From contig CAYYJS010000001.1 of the NCBI GenBank assembly GCA_964472315.1, positions 60,046 through 124,045 of the forward strand: a DNA stretch of 64,000 nt, read 5' to 3'. The notes under the pieces are model-generated. The model saw only the letters and a list, made by a program, of their open reading frames with translations, searched no databases and had not been told where the DNA came from. Source of the DNA: an uncultured Victivallales bacterium. GTDB lineage: Bacteria > Verrucomicrobiota > Kiritimatiellia > UBA8416. This document shows positions 7,233 to 17,147 of this stretch, one piece after another; the stretch's first letter is position 1, and every line of letters begins with the position of its first letter. Both the position numbers and the translations under genes were made by a program.

Positions 7233-9851
7233 ATGGTCATCCAAGACAGTCAGCGAGTCCGCCCGGGACTGACCGTGCGGTCCTTTGTCGTCACGCTCTT
7301 CGCGCTCCTGCTGATGGGGATATGGATCGAATACGAGGAACTCTACAACGCCTATGGCGGCCCGCTGGCCGAGAACGTGCCTCCGAACAGCGCCGTGGGG
7401 GTCATCTGCGCCCTGCTGGTCGTCAGCACCGGTCTCTACATGGTCCGCCGGTCGCTGCGTTTGATGGCGTCCGAGCTGGTGGTCATCTACGCCGCGCTGC
7501 TTCTGGCCGCCCCCCTCATGACACAGGGCATGTGGCATCGTCTGTTCGGTCTGGTCGCGGCCATTCCCCATCACCAGGATTTCAAGTCCTACGACAGCCT
7601 TCCGCCCATGCTCTGGCCGCACGGACCGAACCTCGTCCGGAACGGCACATTCGACGAAGGCCTGGCCGGATTCCGGCACGAAGCCGGCGGGACGGTAACG
7701 TGGCAGGCGATCGACCGCGGCGGGAAGGGCGTCTGGAAGAGTCCGGTGCTGAGCAACGACGGCGACCCGCGGGCGCGGGCGGCGCTGGTTCTGGAGATTC
7801 CGCGACGCGACGCGCGGGGTGTCGAGCAACTCGTTCCCGGCGAAGCCTATCTGTTCGCGCTGCTCGTCAAGGCGGATGGCTTCGCAAAGGGATCCGCCTG
7901 CCTGGTTACGGCGCAGGCGGATGACGGCTTCCCGACGCCCATCGTCGTCAGTCCCGAAAGCACCCAGCCGACGTTCGCGATGCCCTCGGGCTTCCGGCGC
8001 GTCGGCGTGAACCCGTTCAACGTCCCCGTGGAGCTGAAGGAACGGCTGATCCTGCGCATCGCCCTGACGGGCGAGGGCACGCTGGCCGTGCAGGACGTTC
8101 AGTTCTTCAGCATGGAAGCCGTGGAGCGCGCGTTTTCCGGGCGGCGACGCGTGTCCGAAAGCCGTCTGACGGAACTCGGCGCGGACGAACGCGACTCCAC
8201 CGTCGTCAAGCCCGACCGCATGTTCAGCCTCGCGGGCGTGACATACCTGGTGACCGGCTTCATTCCCATGGGCCAGTGGGCCAGGCCGATGTTCGCGTGG
8301 GGATCGCTCATTGCCGCGCTGTTTCTGGGGTTGCTGGGGCTCAGCGTCCTGATGCGCAAACAGTGGGTGGAACACGAGCGCTTCACATTTCCGCTCAACA
8401 TTCTACCCAAGGCGCTGTTCGCCGAGGCGACGGACGACGCGGGGCGTGTGCGCCTGCCCATCTTCCGCAACCGCGTCATGTGGCTCGGCTTTGCCGTCAC
8501 GCTGCCGCTCGTGCTGCTCAAGGGCATCCGCTTCTACTTCCCGGGCCTTCCGGGTCCGACCTCGGCGAATATCGATTTCGCCTCCTTCGTGACCAGCCCG
8601 CCGGCCAAGGCCTATCTGGCGGATGTCGGGATCGGTACGACCATCAACGTGGGACTGTCATTCTGTCTGCTGGCGATCGTGTTGCTGATCGAGACGGATG
8701 TGCTGTTCTCGTTGTGGGCCACGTTTCTGCTCTTCCGTCTGTGGAACCTGTTCGGGTTGCTGTTCCACTTCAACCGGTTCCCCGGATACCCGTGGGAGCA
8801 CCAGCAAACCATGGGGGCGTACATGGCCTATGCGCTGCTGGCCGTCTTCGTGGGGCGGCACCATCTGGGCAAGGTGTTCCGGACCGTGCTGCGGCGCGGC
8901 GGGAGCGGTGTGGACGACGCCGACGAAGTCGTTTCCTACCGGACGGCACTGCTGCTGATCGCGGGATCGCTGATCGCCATCACGGCATGGAGCATCTGGG
9001 TCGGCATGGGGGCATCGGCGGGGCTGCTGTTCTTCGGATACATCCTGCTGTGCGGCTTCGTGGCATCCCGCATTCGGGCCGAATGCGGCGCGCCGATCGG
9101 GTATCTGACGCCCTACTTCGGCATGCAGTTTGTGGCGGCCATGGGCGGGATCGCGGTCTTCAAGTCGACCGGCATGCTTGTGGCGGCGATCTGCAGCGGG
9201 TTCATGTGCACCGTCTGCTTCCTGCTGATCGCGCCGGCGCAGGTGGAGATGATGGAACTCGGGCGCCACTTCAACGTGCGGCCGCGGGATATCGGCGCCG
9301 GTCTGACGCTGGGACTCGTGGGCGGCGTGGTCATCGGCGGGTTCGTGCTGCTGTGCTGGTTGTATGGATTCGGCGCCGACAATCTGCGAACGCCCTGGCC
9401 CTACGATCAGAACTGGTACTTCGCCGGGTTCCGGAGCGAGGCGACGGCCGCCGATCGCGCGTTCGAGGCTGGAACCATCGGCTGTAACCCGGAAACGCAA
9501 CCGATGAACGTCATGCGCAATCCCAATGCCAAGGGATTGGGGGTCGGCGCCCTGATGACGTTTGCGCTCGCGGGGCTCCGCAGTCGCTTTGTCTGGTTCC
9601 CGTTCCATCCGCTGGGGTATGTGCTGGCATCCACCTTCTTCATGAAAGGGGTCTGGTTTGTCATGTTCCTGGCCTGGCTGGCGCGCAACCTGGTGTTCAA
9701 GATCGGCGGTGCGCGGTCGATTCGCCACGGGCTGGCGCCGTTCGCCATCGGCATGTTCCTGGCCTGCATCGCGTCGATCGTGTTTTTCGATATCGCGGGC
9801 ATTTGTTTGAGAACCCAGGGCGTCGTGGATATCTACAGCCGAATCCCTTAG
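7233..9851 (+). CDS. Polytopic membrane protein, DUF6785/DUF6784-like (putative peptide/oligosaccharide transporter), with an inserted soluble CBM-like domain
   Basis: Many hydrophobic helices; LMRKQWVEHERFTFPL, RIRAECGAP and WFPFHPLGYVL motifs; soluble beta-rich insert beginning GPNLVRNGTFDEGLAGF. Confidence 0.7.
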   Translation: MVIQDSQRVRPGLTVRSFVVTLFALLLMGIWIEYEELYNAYGGPLAENVPPNSAVGVICALLVVSTGLYMVRRSLRLMASELVVIYAALLLAAPLMTQGMWHRLFGLVAAIPHHQDFKSYDSLPPMLWPHGPNLVRNGTFDEGLAGFRHEAGGTVTWQAIDRGGKGVWKSPVLSNDGDPRARAALVLEIPRRDARGVEQLVPGEAYLFALLVKADGFAKGSACLVTAQADDGFPTPIVVSPESTQPTFAMPSGFRRVGVNPFNVPVELKERLILRIALTGEGTLAVQDVQFFSMEAVERAFSGRRRVSESRLTELGADERDSTVVKPDRMFSLAGVTYLVTGFIPMGQWARPMFAWGSLIAALFLGLLGLSVLMRKQWVEHERFTFPLNILPKALFAEATDDAGRVRLPIFRNRVMWLGFAVTLPLVLLKGIRFYFPGLPGPTSANIDFASFVTSPPAKAYLADVGIGTTINVGLSFCLLAIVLLIETDVLFSLWATFLLFRLWNLFGLLFHFNRFPGYPWEHQQTMGAYMAYALLAVFVGRHHLGKVFRTVLRRGGSGVDDADEVVSYRTALLLIAGSLIAITAWSIWVGMGASAGLLFFGYILLCGFVASRIRAECGAPIGYLTPYFGMQFVAAMGGIAVFKSTGMLVAAICSGFMCTVCFLLIAPAQVEMMELGRHFNVRPRDIGAGLTLGLVGGVVIGGFVLLCWLYGFGADNLRTPWPYDQNWYFAGFRSEATAADRAFEAGTIGCNPETQPMNVMRNPNAKGLGVGALMTFALAGLRSRFVWFPFHPLGYVLASTFFMKGVWFVMFLAWLARNLVFKIGGARSIRHGLAPFAIGMFLACIASIVFFDIAGICLRTQGVVDIYSRIP

Positions 9852-12800
9852 ATGCGCATGCACAAACAGGACATCGCGGGCCAGTTGCCCGTGGCCGGCC
9901 TTTTCGCGGTGCTGACCGTGGCGGCCCTGTACGGCTTCGTGCGTTTCGCGGAACCGGACGAGCGTATGCCGCGGCGTCGGTTCCGGGAGGACTATGACGA
10001 ACGGCCGCTGGCGGACCTGCTGTCCGCGCACGGCTTCGAGGATCGCATGCGGGAGATTGCCGCGGCGGGTTCCGCTCCGGGCGAGGCGGGTGTCGGCCGG
10101 ATGAGCGGAAGCCCGGGGTTCTACCGCGCCGAGCGGTTCATCCTCGACCACTACCGCGCCGCGGGACTCGACATCACGACCCAGGAACTGCCGGTCGTCG
10201 TGCCGGTGACCGAGGTGTGCGAGATCCTTGACGCGGAGGGCCGGCCGCTCGACGGGGTGCGCATCCATCCCGTCGAACCCGGCGGGATCCTCCCCACGGC
10301 CTTGCCCGAGGAGGGCATTGTCGGGACGCTCGTTGCGGCCGAAAGCGCCGCGCCGGAGCATCTGGGCGGACACCCGGCCGAATCCGCGATCGTCCTGACC
10401 ACGCTGGACGGCGCGTCCGAGTGGCCGGATCTGGCCTCGGTCGGGGTCAAGGCGCTGCTGGTCAGGGAGGAACGCGAGGACATCCGGCGTGTCATGCGCA
10501 CGAGCCCGGATCGGCAGGAACACTGGGGCGGCGTGACCACGCCGCAGCCGGTCGTGTTCCCGCGCTTCCTGGTGCGGGGGCCGATCGAGCGTTACGCCGG
10601 TCAGACGATCAGGTTGCGTTGCCGGGTGGCCTGGCAGGCCCGAATCGTCCGCAACCTTATCGGGGTGCTGCGCGGCGACCGGCCCCGGCGGGAAGCCCTG
10701 GTGCTCTCATGCTTCTATGACAGTTCCTCGACGGTTCCGGATCTGGCGCCCGGCGCGGAACAGTCGATTTCCCTCGCGGCCATGTTGGAGTATGTGCGCG
10801 GCCTGGCGCCCTATCGCAAGGACATGGAGCGGGACATCGTCTTCGTCGCCGCCGCGGGCCATTGCCAGTCCATGGCCGGCGAGCACCGACTGCTGGAGGC
10901 CGTGGAAACCGTCAGCGCCCGCAGGAAGGACCACCGGACGTTCGAGGCGCGCAAGGCGGAGCAGCGGCAGGCGCTCCAGTTTGCCACGCGGGGCCTGGCC
11001 TTTCTGGAGCGCCCCGAACTGAACAGCGGCGACGCCGCGGCGGACGGCGCGGCGCTCAAGACACGCTGGGCGGAGGAACCGGCGGACTTCCGCGCGTGGA
11101 TGGCCGAGCGGCTCGAGACCGTCGCCGGCGAAGTCTGTCTGGCGCGCAAGGAAGAGGCGCTGCAGGCCAGATTGGCCCACCTGCGGGCGGGCGCGCCGGC
11201 GTTCCGCGACGGCTTTGACGAACTAACCGCGACCGACGCCGAACGGCGGGACGCCGCCTATACGCATCCCCTGCTCGCGGCCTATATCGCCGTCAAGGCG
11301 CTGGAAAACCGCGCGGCCCACATGGTGTCGCTGCCACTGGATCGGCTCGCCGAACGGGTCGAATACAGGGCGTGGGGCTACGCCGCCCGGCTCGCCGCCT
11401 ACCTGGAGACGCTCGCGGCGTATCACCGTCAACAGCTTCGCGAGATCGACGATCTGATTGCGGTGCGCGATTTGTTCGGTCGCTACGACGGCATGGTGAC
11501 GGTTGTTCTCGACCTCTATTCGGGCGGGTACCGGAAGTTGAGCGACCTGGCCGTGCTGGTGGGAGTCGGCAACATCGGCACCGTGGTCGAGCCGCAGGTC
11601 AGCGATCTGGCCGGCGCGATTCGGGAGCAGGCACCCGCGACGGATGGCGTGCCGGCTTTCGCCGTGGTCAACTGGGGAAGCCTGGACGCGAGCGGCAGGC
11701 GGGAGACGCCGAACCACAACACCCAACTGGCCTCGTCGTTCTGGTACGCCTGCAACCGCCTCGCCTTCACGGTTGCCAACCGCGAATACGCGCCGGGCGC
11801 CGCGACGCGAATCGCTTCGCCGGAAGACACGGTGGATAACCTGCGCCAGACCGACGTGCTCCGCCTGCACATCCCGGCGATCGGCAAGGCCCTGCTGGCG
11901 ATGGCCCACGGTCGCGTAACCTGCAAGCCCCTGACCATGGCGGCATCGCGCGGCCGCATATCGGCGCTGCACGGCGGCGTGTACGCCAACGTCGGGGTTT
12001 CCGACATGGTGGCGGGCCACCGCATGGGAAGCCGGACGTTCGTCCAGGTGGCGGGCGATCAGGGGTTGACGAGTCAGCGGGGCATCCGGGTGTCGCCCGT
12101 TCTGGACGTCAACCCGTATGGCCGATACGACGCGGCGATCACGATGCTGTTGCCCCCCGTGTTCACCGTGACCGCCGCGCGGTTCGGTCAGGATGGCCGG
12201 GTCCTTTTCATCACGGACGATTCGCCCGCCAGTCAGGCGGTGTTCAAGAACCGCGACATCGACGCGAAGAGCGTGAACGTGCGCGACGCGCAGGCGCCGA
12301 AGCCCGTGAACATGGCCCTGTTCCGCTGCGCCCCGGTGTCGCTCTTCGACCGGGGCAACCCCACCACCATGCGGGGCTTCAAGCAGGTCATGTACCTGAC
12401 GCGCGAGGGTTTGTCCGCCCCGCCGAACCTGCACCAGGTCGCCCCGACGGCGTTTACGGCGTTTCTGCCGCCGGAGACGGTGTTCTACATCGGCCTGCGG
12501 GACGGCGCGGCCGGGAATCCGGAAGTGCAGAGCTACCGCGCCTTCATGTTGAATGTCGATCCGGCCGAGCCGATCGCGGTGGACGAACCCGAGCTGCACG
12601 GCGCCGGCTACCTTGCCGCCGACGCGGGAACGCTGGTACACCCGCACCTCGACGCGGCGGCATCCATGTTGCGCACGGCGGAGAAGCGGCTCGACCTGCA
12701 ACGCCGCTTCGGCATGGCCGACAAGCAGATGCTCCAGTTCCACGCGCGCGGGAACGAATGGCTGGCCGATGCGCGCGCGAAGCGGGCCGATCGCGATGCG

Positions 12801-15125
12801 GGGGGGGCGCTGAGTTCGGCGGCGACGAGTCTCGCCTATGCCATCAACAACCACCCCGTGATCCGCAAGCGCATCGCGCATGCCGTGGTCGGTATCCTGT
12901 GGTATCTCGGCCTGCTCGTGCCGTTCGTGTTCTTCTGTGAGAAACTCGTCTTCGGCTTCTCCGACATACGCAAGCAACTGGTCGCGGGCGGCGGCATCTT
13001 CCTGGCGGTGTTCGCGCTGCTGCGCGTCTTCCATCCCGCCTTCCAGATGGTGCGTTCGTCGTCGATGATCCTGCTGGGGTTCGTCATGCTGCTGCTGACC
13101 GGCCTGGTGACCTGCATGGTGGGCGGCAAGTTCCGGCGGAACATCGAGGACGCGCGGGCGCGGGCGGGCGCCGGGAAGGGCGCCGACATCGACCGCGGCG
13201 GCGTGGTGGGGACCGCCTTCATGCTGGGCCTCAACAACATGCGCCGCCGCAAGGTGCGTACCGGACTGACATGCGCGACGCTGGTGCTCATCACCTTCGT
13301 CATGATCTGTTTCACCTCGGTGTCGAACGACCTGGTCAACGTGGAATACGCCACGGGGCATTCGGCCTGGAACGGCATCGCCATCCGGGATCCGGACTTC
13401 GTGCCCCTGGATGACTCCGAGGTCGCCGCGGTCGAACGGCTTTACGGCGGCCGTTACCCGATCGGCCGGCACCAATGGCTTCTGCCGTCGATGACCGTCT
13501 GGGACGGGAATACCGACCACATCAAGAACCTGGAACTCGCCGTCGATCACGAGCTGGTCGTGGCCGGTGTGAAGGCGCTGAAGCGGGCGCGCGCCGGCAG
13601 CGTGGTCGCCATGGAGTGGAACGAGCCGGCTTTTTCGGGCATCGACGAATGCCTTCTCACCGATCGCGGCTGGTTCGAGCGTCCGCCCCGGACCCGCGCG
13701 GAGAAGATCGCGGCCGCGGAAGCGGGCGCCGAGCGCGGCAAGGAAGCGATTCTGCCGGATACCATGGCGCGCGAGCTGGGCATTTCGGTTGCCGATGTCA
13801 ACACGCGCGCGCCGACGGTGAGCATCCAGGGCGACGAGTTCGTGGTGCGGGGGATTATCGATTCGGTCGCGTTGAACAAGCGACTCGGCCTCGATGGCGA
13901 ACCCTTGTTCCCCTATGACCTCAACAGCGTCCAGACCCTGGGGATGCGGCGGCGGCCGGAGGGCGGCCAGATGGCAGTTGTCCCGGCCGACATCGGCCGT
14001 CTGCCCGCGTCGGAGGTTGTCCTCGCCAACGCCATGCCGGTGCCCCAGTCGGGGCAGACGATTGCCACCATGTCCTGTTCGGTGTTGTTCCCATCCGCGC
14101 CGTACAGGCTCGGGCCGGACGAGCCGGAGCGCCCCGCGGTTGGCTATCGCGAGCAGCGCCGCGTCGCGCTGGAGTTCCTCGAACGCACGGGCAAGCAGGC
14201 TTACTATGCCCTGGACGGCGTCGCGTATTGCGGGTCACGCAAGCGGACCCGGACGCTGGGCGGCATGCTGGAGCTTCTGGTGCCGATCGTCATCGCGGCG
14301 CTGGCGGTGTTCAATACGATGCGCGGCTCCGTGTATGAGCGGCGCGGCGAGATCCAAGTCTACAATGCCGTCGGCATCGCCCCCAACCACGTCTTCTTCA
14401 TGTTCATGGCCGAGGCCCTGGTGTACGCGGTCATGGGTGCCATGCTGGGCTACCTGCTCAGCCAGGCGACCGGCCGCGCGCTCACGCTGGCCGGCCTCGC
14501 CGGCGGCCTCAACATGGACTACAGTTCGATCGAGACGATCTACGCCTCGCTGGCCATCATGGGCGCCGTGCTGCTCTCCGCGGTACTGCCCGCGCGCGAC
14601 GCCGCGCGGATGGCCGCGCCGTCGGAACTGGCCAGTTGGACGGTGCCGCGCGTGGACGGCGACGTGATGACGCTGAACCTGCCGTTCACGTTCACCGCGC
14701 ACGACCGGGTCGCCGTGGTCGGCTATTTCGCCCGCTGGCTCGACGCCAACGGCGTGGGCGGTTCGGGGCCGTTCTTCTGCTCCCCGCCCGAACCGTTCGC
14801 GCGGGTGGAGGCGGCGCAGGCGCCGGACGATCGGCTCGTGCCGGGGGTGCGCGGCCAGGTCTGGCTCAAACCGTATGACCTCGGGGTTTCGCACCGCATG
14901 GAGTTTTCCCTGCCCACCGATCCGGAAACCGGCGAATATGTCGCGCGCATCGGGCTGACGCGGCTGAGCGGCCACGCCGCGGCCTGGCGTCGCACGGTGC
15001 GGCCGTTCCTCGGGACGTTGCGCAAGCAGTTCCTGAACTGGCGCGCGACCACGGACGCCGAGCGCGGCGAGCTGTTCGCCGAGGCCAAGGCGATGCTCGA
15101 GCGGCAACGCGATACGGAAAGTTAG
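9852..15125 (+). CDS. Giant (1757 aa) FtsX-type ABC permease with an N-terminal M28-peptidase/nicastrin-like extracytoplasmic region
   Basis: N-terminal TM; RMSGSPG, NLIGVLRG...LSCFYDS...LAPGAEQ, RDIVFVAAAGH (M28-like fold); internal TM bundle; NNMRRRKVRTGLT (MacB-like); SVYERRGEIQVYNAVGIAP..VFFMFMAEA FtsX domain. Starts immediately after the previous stop. Confidence 0.8.
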   Translation: MRMHKQDIAGQLPVAGLFAVLTVAALYGFVRFAEPDERMPRRRFREDYDERPLADLLSAHGFEDRMREIAAAGSAPGEAGVGRMSGSPGFYRAERFILDHYRAAGLDITTQELPVVVPVTEVCEILDAEGRPLDGVRIHPVEPGGILPTALPEEGIVGTLVAAESAAPEHLGGHPAESAIVLTTLDGASEWPDLASVGVKALLVREEREDIRRVMRTSPDRQEHWGGVTTPQPVVFPRFLVRGPIERYAGQTIRLRCRVAWQARIVRNLIGVLRGDRPRREALVLSCFYDSSSTVPDLAPGAEQSISLAAMLEYVRGLAPYRKDMERDIVFVAAAGHCQSMAGEHRLLEAVETVSARRKDHRTFEARKAEQRQALQFATRGLAFLERPELNSGDAAADGAALKTRWAEEPADFRAWMAERLETVAGEVCLARKEEALQARLAHLRAGAPAFRDGFDELTATDAERRDAAYTHPLLAAYIAVKALENRAAHMVSLPLDRLAERVEYRAWGYAARLAAYLETLAAYHRQQLREIDDLIAVRDLFGRYDGMVTVVLDLYSGGYRKLSDLAVLVGVGNIGTVVEPQVSDLAGAIREQAPATDGVPAFAVVNWGSLDASGRRETPNHNTQLASSFWYACNRLAFTVANREYAPGAATRIASPEDTVDNLRQTDVLRLHIPAIGKALLAMAHGRVTCKPLTMAASRGRISALHGGVYANVGVSDMVAGHRMGSRTFVQVAGDQGLTSQRGIRVSPVLDVNPYGRYDAAITMLLPPVFTVTAARFGQDGRVLFITDDSPASQAVFKNRDIDAKSVNVRDAQAPKPVNMALFRCAPVSLFDRGNPTTMRGFKQVMYLTREGLSAPPNLHQVAPTAFTAFLPPETVFYIGLRDGAAGNPEVQSYRAFMLNVDPAEPIAVDEPELHGAGYLAADAGTLVHPHLDAAASMLRTAEKRLDLQRRFGMADKQMLQFHARGNEWLADARAKRADRDAGGALSSAATSLAYAINNHPVIRKRIAHAVVGILWYLGLLVPFVFFCEKLVFGFSDIRKQLVAGGGIFLAVFALLRVFHPAFQMVRSSSMILLGFVMLLLTGLVTCMVGGKFRRNIEDARARAGAGKGADIDRGGVVGTAFMLGLNNMRRRKVRTGLTCATLVLITFVMICFTSVSNDLVNVEYATGHSAWNGIAIRDPDFVPLDDSEVAAVERLYGGRYPIGRHQWLLPSMTVWDGNTDHIKNLELAVDHELVVAGVKALKRARAGSVVAMEWNEPAFSGIDECLLTDRGWFERPPRTRAEKIAAAEAGAERGKEAILPDTMARELGISVADVNTRAPTVSIQGDEFVVRGIIDSVALNKRLGLDGEPLFPYDLNSVQTLGMRRRPEGGQMAVVPADIGRLPASEVVLANAMPVPQSGQTIATMSCSVLFPSAPYRLGPDEPERPAVGYREQRRVALEFLERTGKQAYYALDGVAYCGSRKRTRTLGGMLELLVPIVIAALAVFNTMRGSVYERRGEIQVYNAVGIAPNHVFFMFMAEALVYAVMGAMLGYLLSQATGRALTLAGLAGGLNMDYSSIETIYASLAIMGAVLLSAVLPARDAARMAAPSELASWTVPRVDGDVMTLNLPFTFTAHDRVAVVGYFARWLDANGVGGSGPFFCSPPEPFARVEAAQAPDDRLVPGVRGQVWLKPYDLGVSHRMEFSLPTDPETGEYVARIGLTRLSGHAAAWRRTVRPFLGTLRKQFLNWRATTDAERGELFAEAKAMLERQRDTES

Positions 15126-15133
15126 AAGAGGTC

Positions 15134-17137
15134 ATGGCCGACACCCGCAAACCGCTCGTACTGGACAAGGAACTCGAAGTCTACCGTTCCGTCCTGGAGA
15201 CCCCCACCGAGTTCCGCAACGGCTTCACCTGGGTCGCCGTGGCCGGCGCCTTCTTCTGCGGTTTGCTGATGATGCCCGGGGCCATCTACCTGAGCCTGGT
15301 GACCGGTGGCGGCATCGCCGCCGCATGGGTCACGCTGATCATCTTCTCCGAGGTCAGCCGCCGGGCCATGCGCACGCTCAGTAAGCAGGAACTGGTGATC
15401 CTGCTGATGGTGGCCGGAGCCATGGCGGCCGGCGGACCGATCGGGGATCTGGTCTGGCGGCAGTATCTGGTGCGTAGCGATGCGGTGCGCGACATCGGTC
15501 TGCTGGGCCAGTTCCCCGCCTGGTACGCGCCGTCGCCGACCAGCGACGCGATCACGGGCCGCAGCCTCCTGCACGCGGCCTGGCTCGTGCCGGTTGTCCT
15601 GATGTTCTTCATGCATGTGGTCGGCACGGTGAAGTACTACACACTGTCCTACTTCTTCTTCCGCCTGACGTCAGACATCGAGCGGTTGCCGTTCCCGTTC
15701 GCGGGAATCGGCGCGCAGGGGTCGATGGCCCTGGCCGAATCGGGCGAACGCAAGGCGACCTGGAAGTGGCGCGTATTCTCCCTGGGCGGCATGATGGGAC
15801 TGGTTTACGGGGCGATTCAGATCGGCGTGCCGCTGGTGAGCGGCGCTCTGTTGACCCGGCCGATCCAGATTATTCCGTTGCCCTGGTACGACGCCACCAC
15901 ACTCACCGAGGGTATCCTGCCCGCAACGCCGACCGGGGTCGTGGTCGACCTTGGCCTGGTCATCGTCGGCATGGTGATCCCGTTCTGGGCGGTCATGGGG
16001 CAGGCGGCCGCCATCGTGCTGACGCTGGTCATGAACCCGATCCTGTACCACATGGGGATCCTGACACGCTGGCAGCCGGGCATGGAGACGGTGGCCACGA
16101 CGTTCGGCAATTCCATCGACTTCTGGATGAGCTTCGGGTTCGGCGTCATGGGCGGGATCATGGTCGTATCGGTTTTCCAGACCGGGCGCGATTTGACCCG
16201 GAAGATACGCGAGCTGCGCCGTCGAAGACGCGAGGAGGCGGATATGCCGGCGCGCCGCGAGAACGTCTGGGATACGCCGCCGGGGCGCGGCGACTTCTCG
16301 CCCTGGATCGCGCTGGCCCTGTACGCCGTGTGCGCGTTGCTGACCATCGGCGTCTGTCACCTGCTGGTGCCCGGGTTCCCCCTGTTCTTCCTCTTCGCGT
16401 TCACGTTCCTCTACACACCGCTGATGTCCTACATCAACGCGCGTCTGGTCGGAATCTGCGGCCAGCATGTTCAGATCCCGTTCGTGCGCGAAGCCGCGTA
16501 CATCCTGTCCGGCTACAAGGGTGTCGAGATCTGGCTCGCGCCGATTCCCGTCGACGACATGGGCACCGGCGCGCAGGCCTTCCGGACGAACGAACTCACG
16601 GGCACGAATTTCTGGTCCTACGTCAAGGCCCAGTCGCTCATCATCCCGCTCTGCTTCGTCCTGAGTTTCGTCTTCTGGGGATTCATCTGGAAATCCGGCG
16701 CGATTCCCTCGCAGATGTACCCCTTCGCCGAAAAGATATGGGACCTCCGCGCCAAGAACACCGTCCTGATGTACTCGGCCACCCTCGACCTCGAAGGCGC
16801 TGCGCCGTTGTTCTTCCAGGCGCTGCACCCGAACGTGATGGCCGGCTCGTTTTCGTTCACGATGCTCGGCTTCACGATCATGTCCGCTTTGCGCATGCCG
16901 ATCATGGCCATCTACGGGTTTGTCCAGGGCGTCGGCGCCATGCCGCACGGGTTCGTTCCGATCGTGATCGGGGCACTGATCGGGAAGTTCTGGTTTCACA
17001 AGCGGTTCGGTCAGAAACGGGTTTTGGAAGTCGTGCCGGTGCTCGCCGCCGGTTACGGTACCGGAGTCGGATTGATCGCCCTGATCGGCGTGGCGCTTAA
17101 CCTGATCGTATCGGCGGTGTCGGCGCTGCCGTTTTAG
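15134..17137 (+). CDS. OPT-like (oligopeptide transporter) polytopic membrane protein
   Basis: Highly hydrophobic, 667 aa; GFTWVAVAGAFFCGLLMMPGAIYLSL, FRLTSDIERLPFP, SGYKGVEIWLAP. Confidence 0.7.
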   Translation: MADTRKPLVLDKELEVYRSVLETPTEFRNGFTWVAVAGAFFCGLLMMPGAIYLSLVTGGGIAAAWVTLIIFSEVSRRAMRTLSKQELVILLMVAGAMAAGGPIGDLVWRQYLVRSDAVRDIGLLGQFPAWYAPSPTSDAITGRSLLHAAWLVPVVLMFFMHVVGTVKYYTLSYFFFRLTSDIERLPFPFAGIGAQGSMALAESGERKATWKWRVFSLGGMMGLVYGAIQIGVPLVSGALLTRPIQIIPLPWYDATTLTEGILPATPTGVVVDLGLVIVGMVIPFWAVMGQAAAIVLTLVMNPILYHMGILTRWQPGMETVATTFGNSIDFWMSFGFGVMGGIMVVSVFQTGRDLTRKIRELRRRRREEADMPARRENVWDTPPGRGDFSPWIALALYAVCALLTIGVCHLLVPGFPLFFLFAFTFLYTPLMSYINARLVGICGQHVQIPFVREAAYILSGYKGVEIWLAPIPVDDMGTGAQAFRTNELTGTNFWSYVKAQSLIIPLCFVLSFVFWGFIWKSGAIPSQMYPFAEKIWDLRAKNTVLMYSATLDLEGAAPLFFQALHPNVMAGSFSFTMLGFTIMSALRMPIMAIYGFVQGVGAMPHGFVPIVIGALIGKFWFHKRFGQKRVLEVVPVLAAGYGTGVGLIALIGVALNLIVSAVSALPF

Positions 17138-17147
17138 AGAGAGGGAT

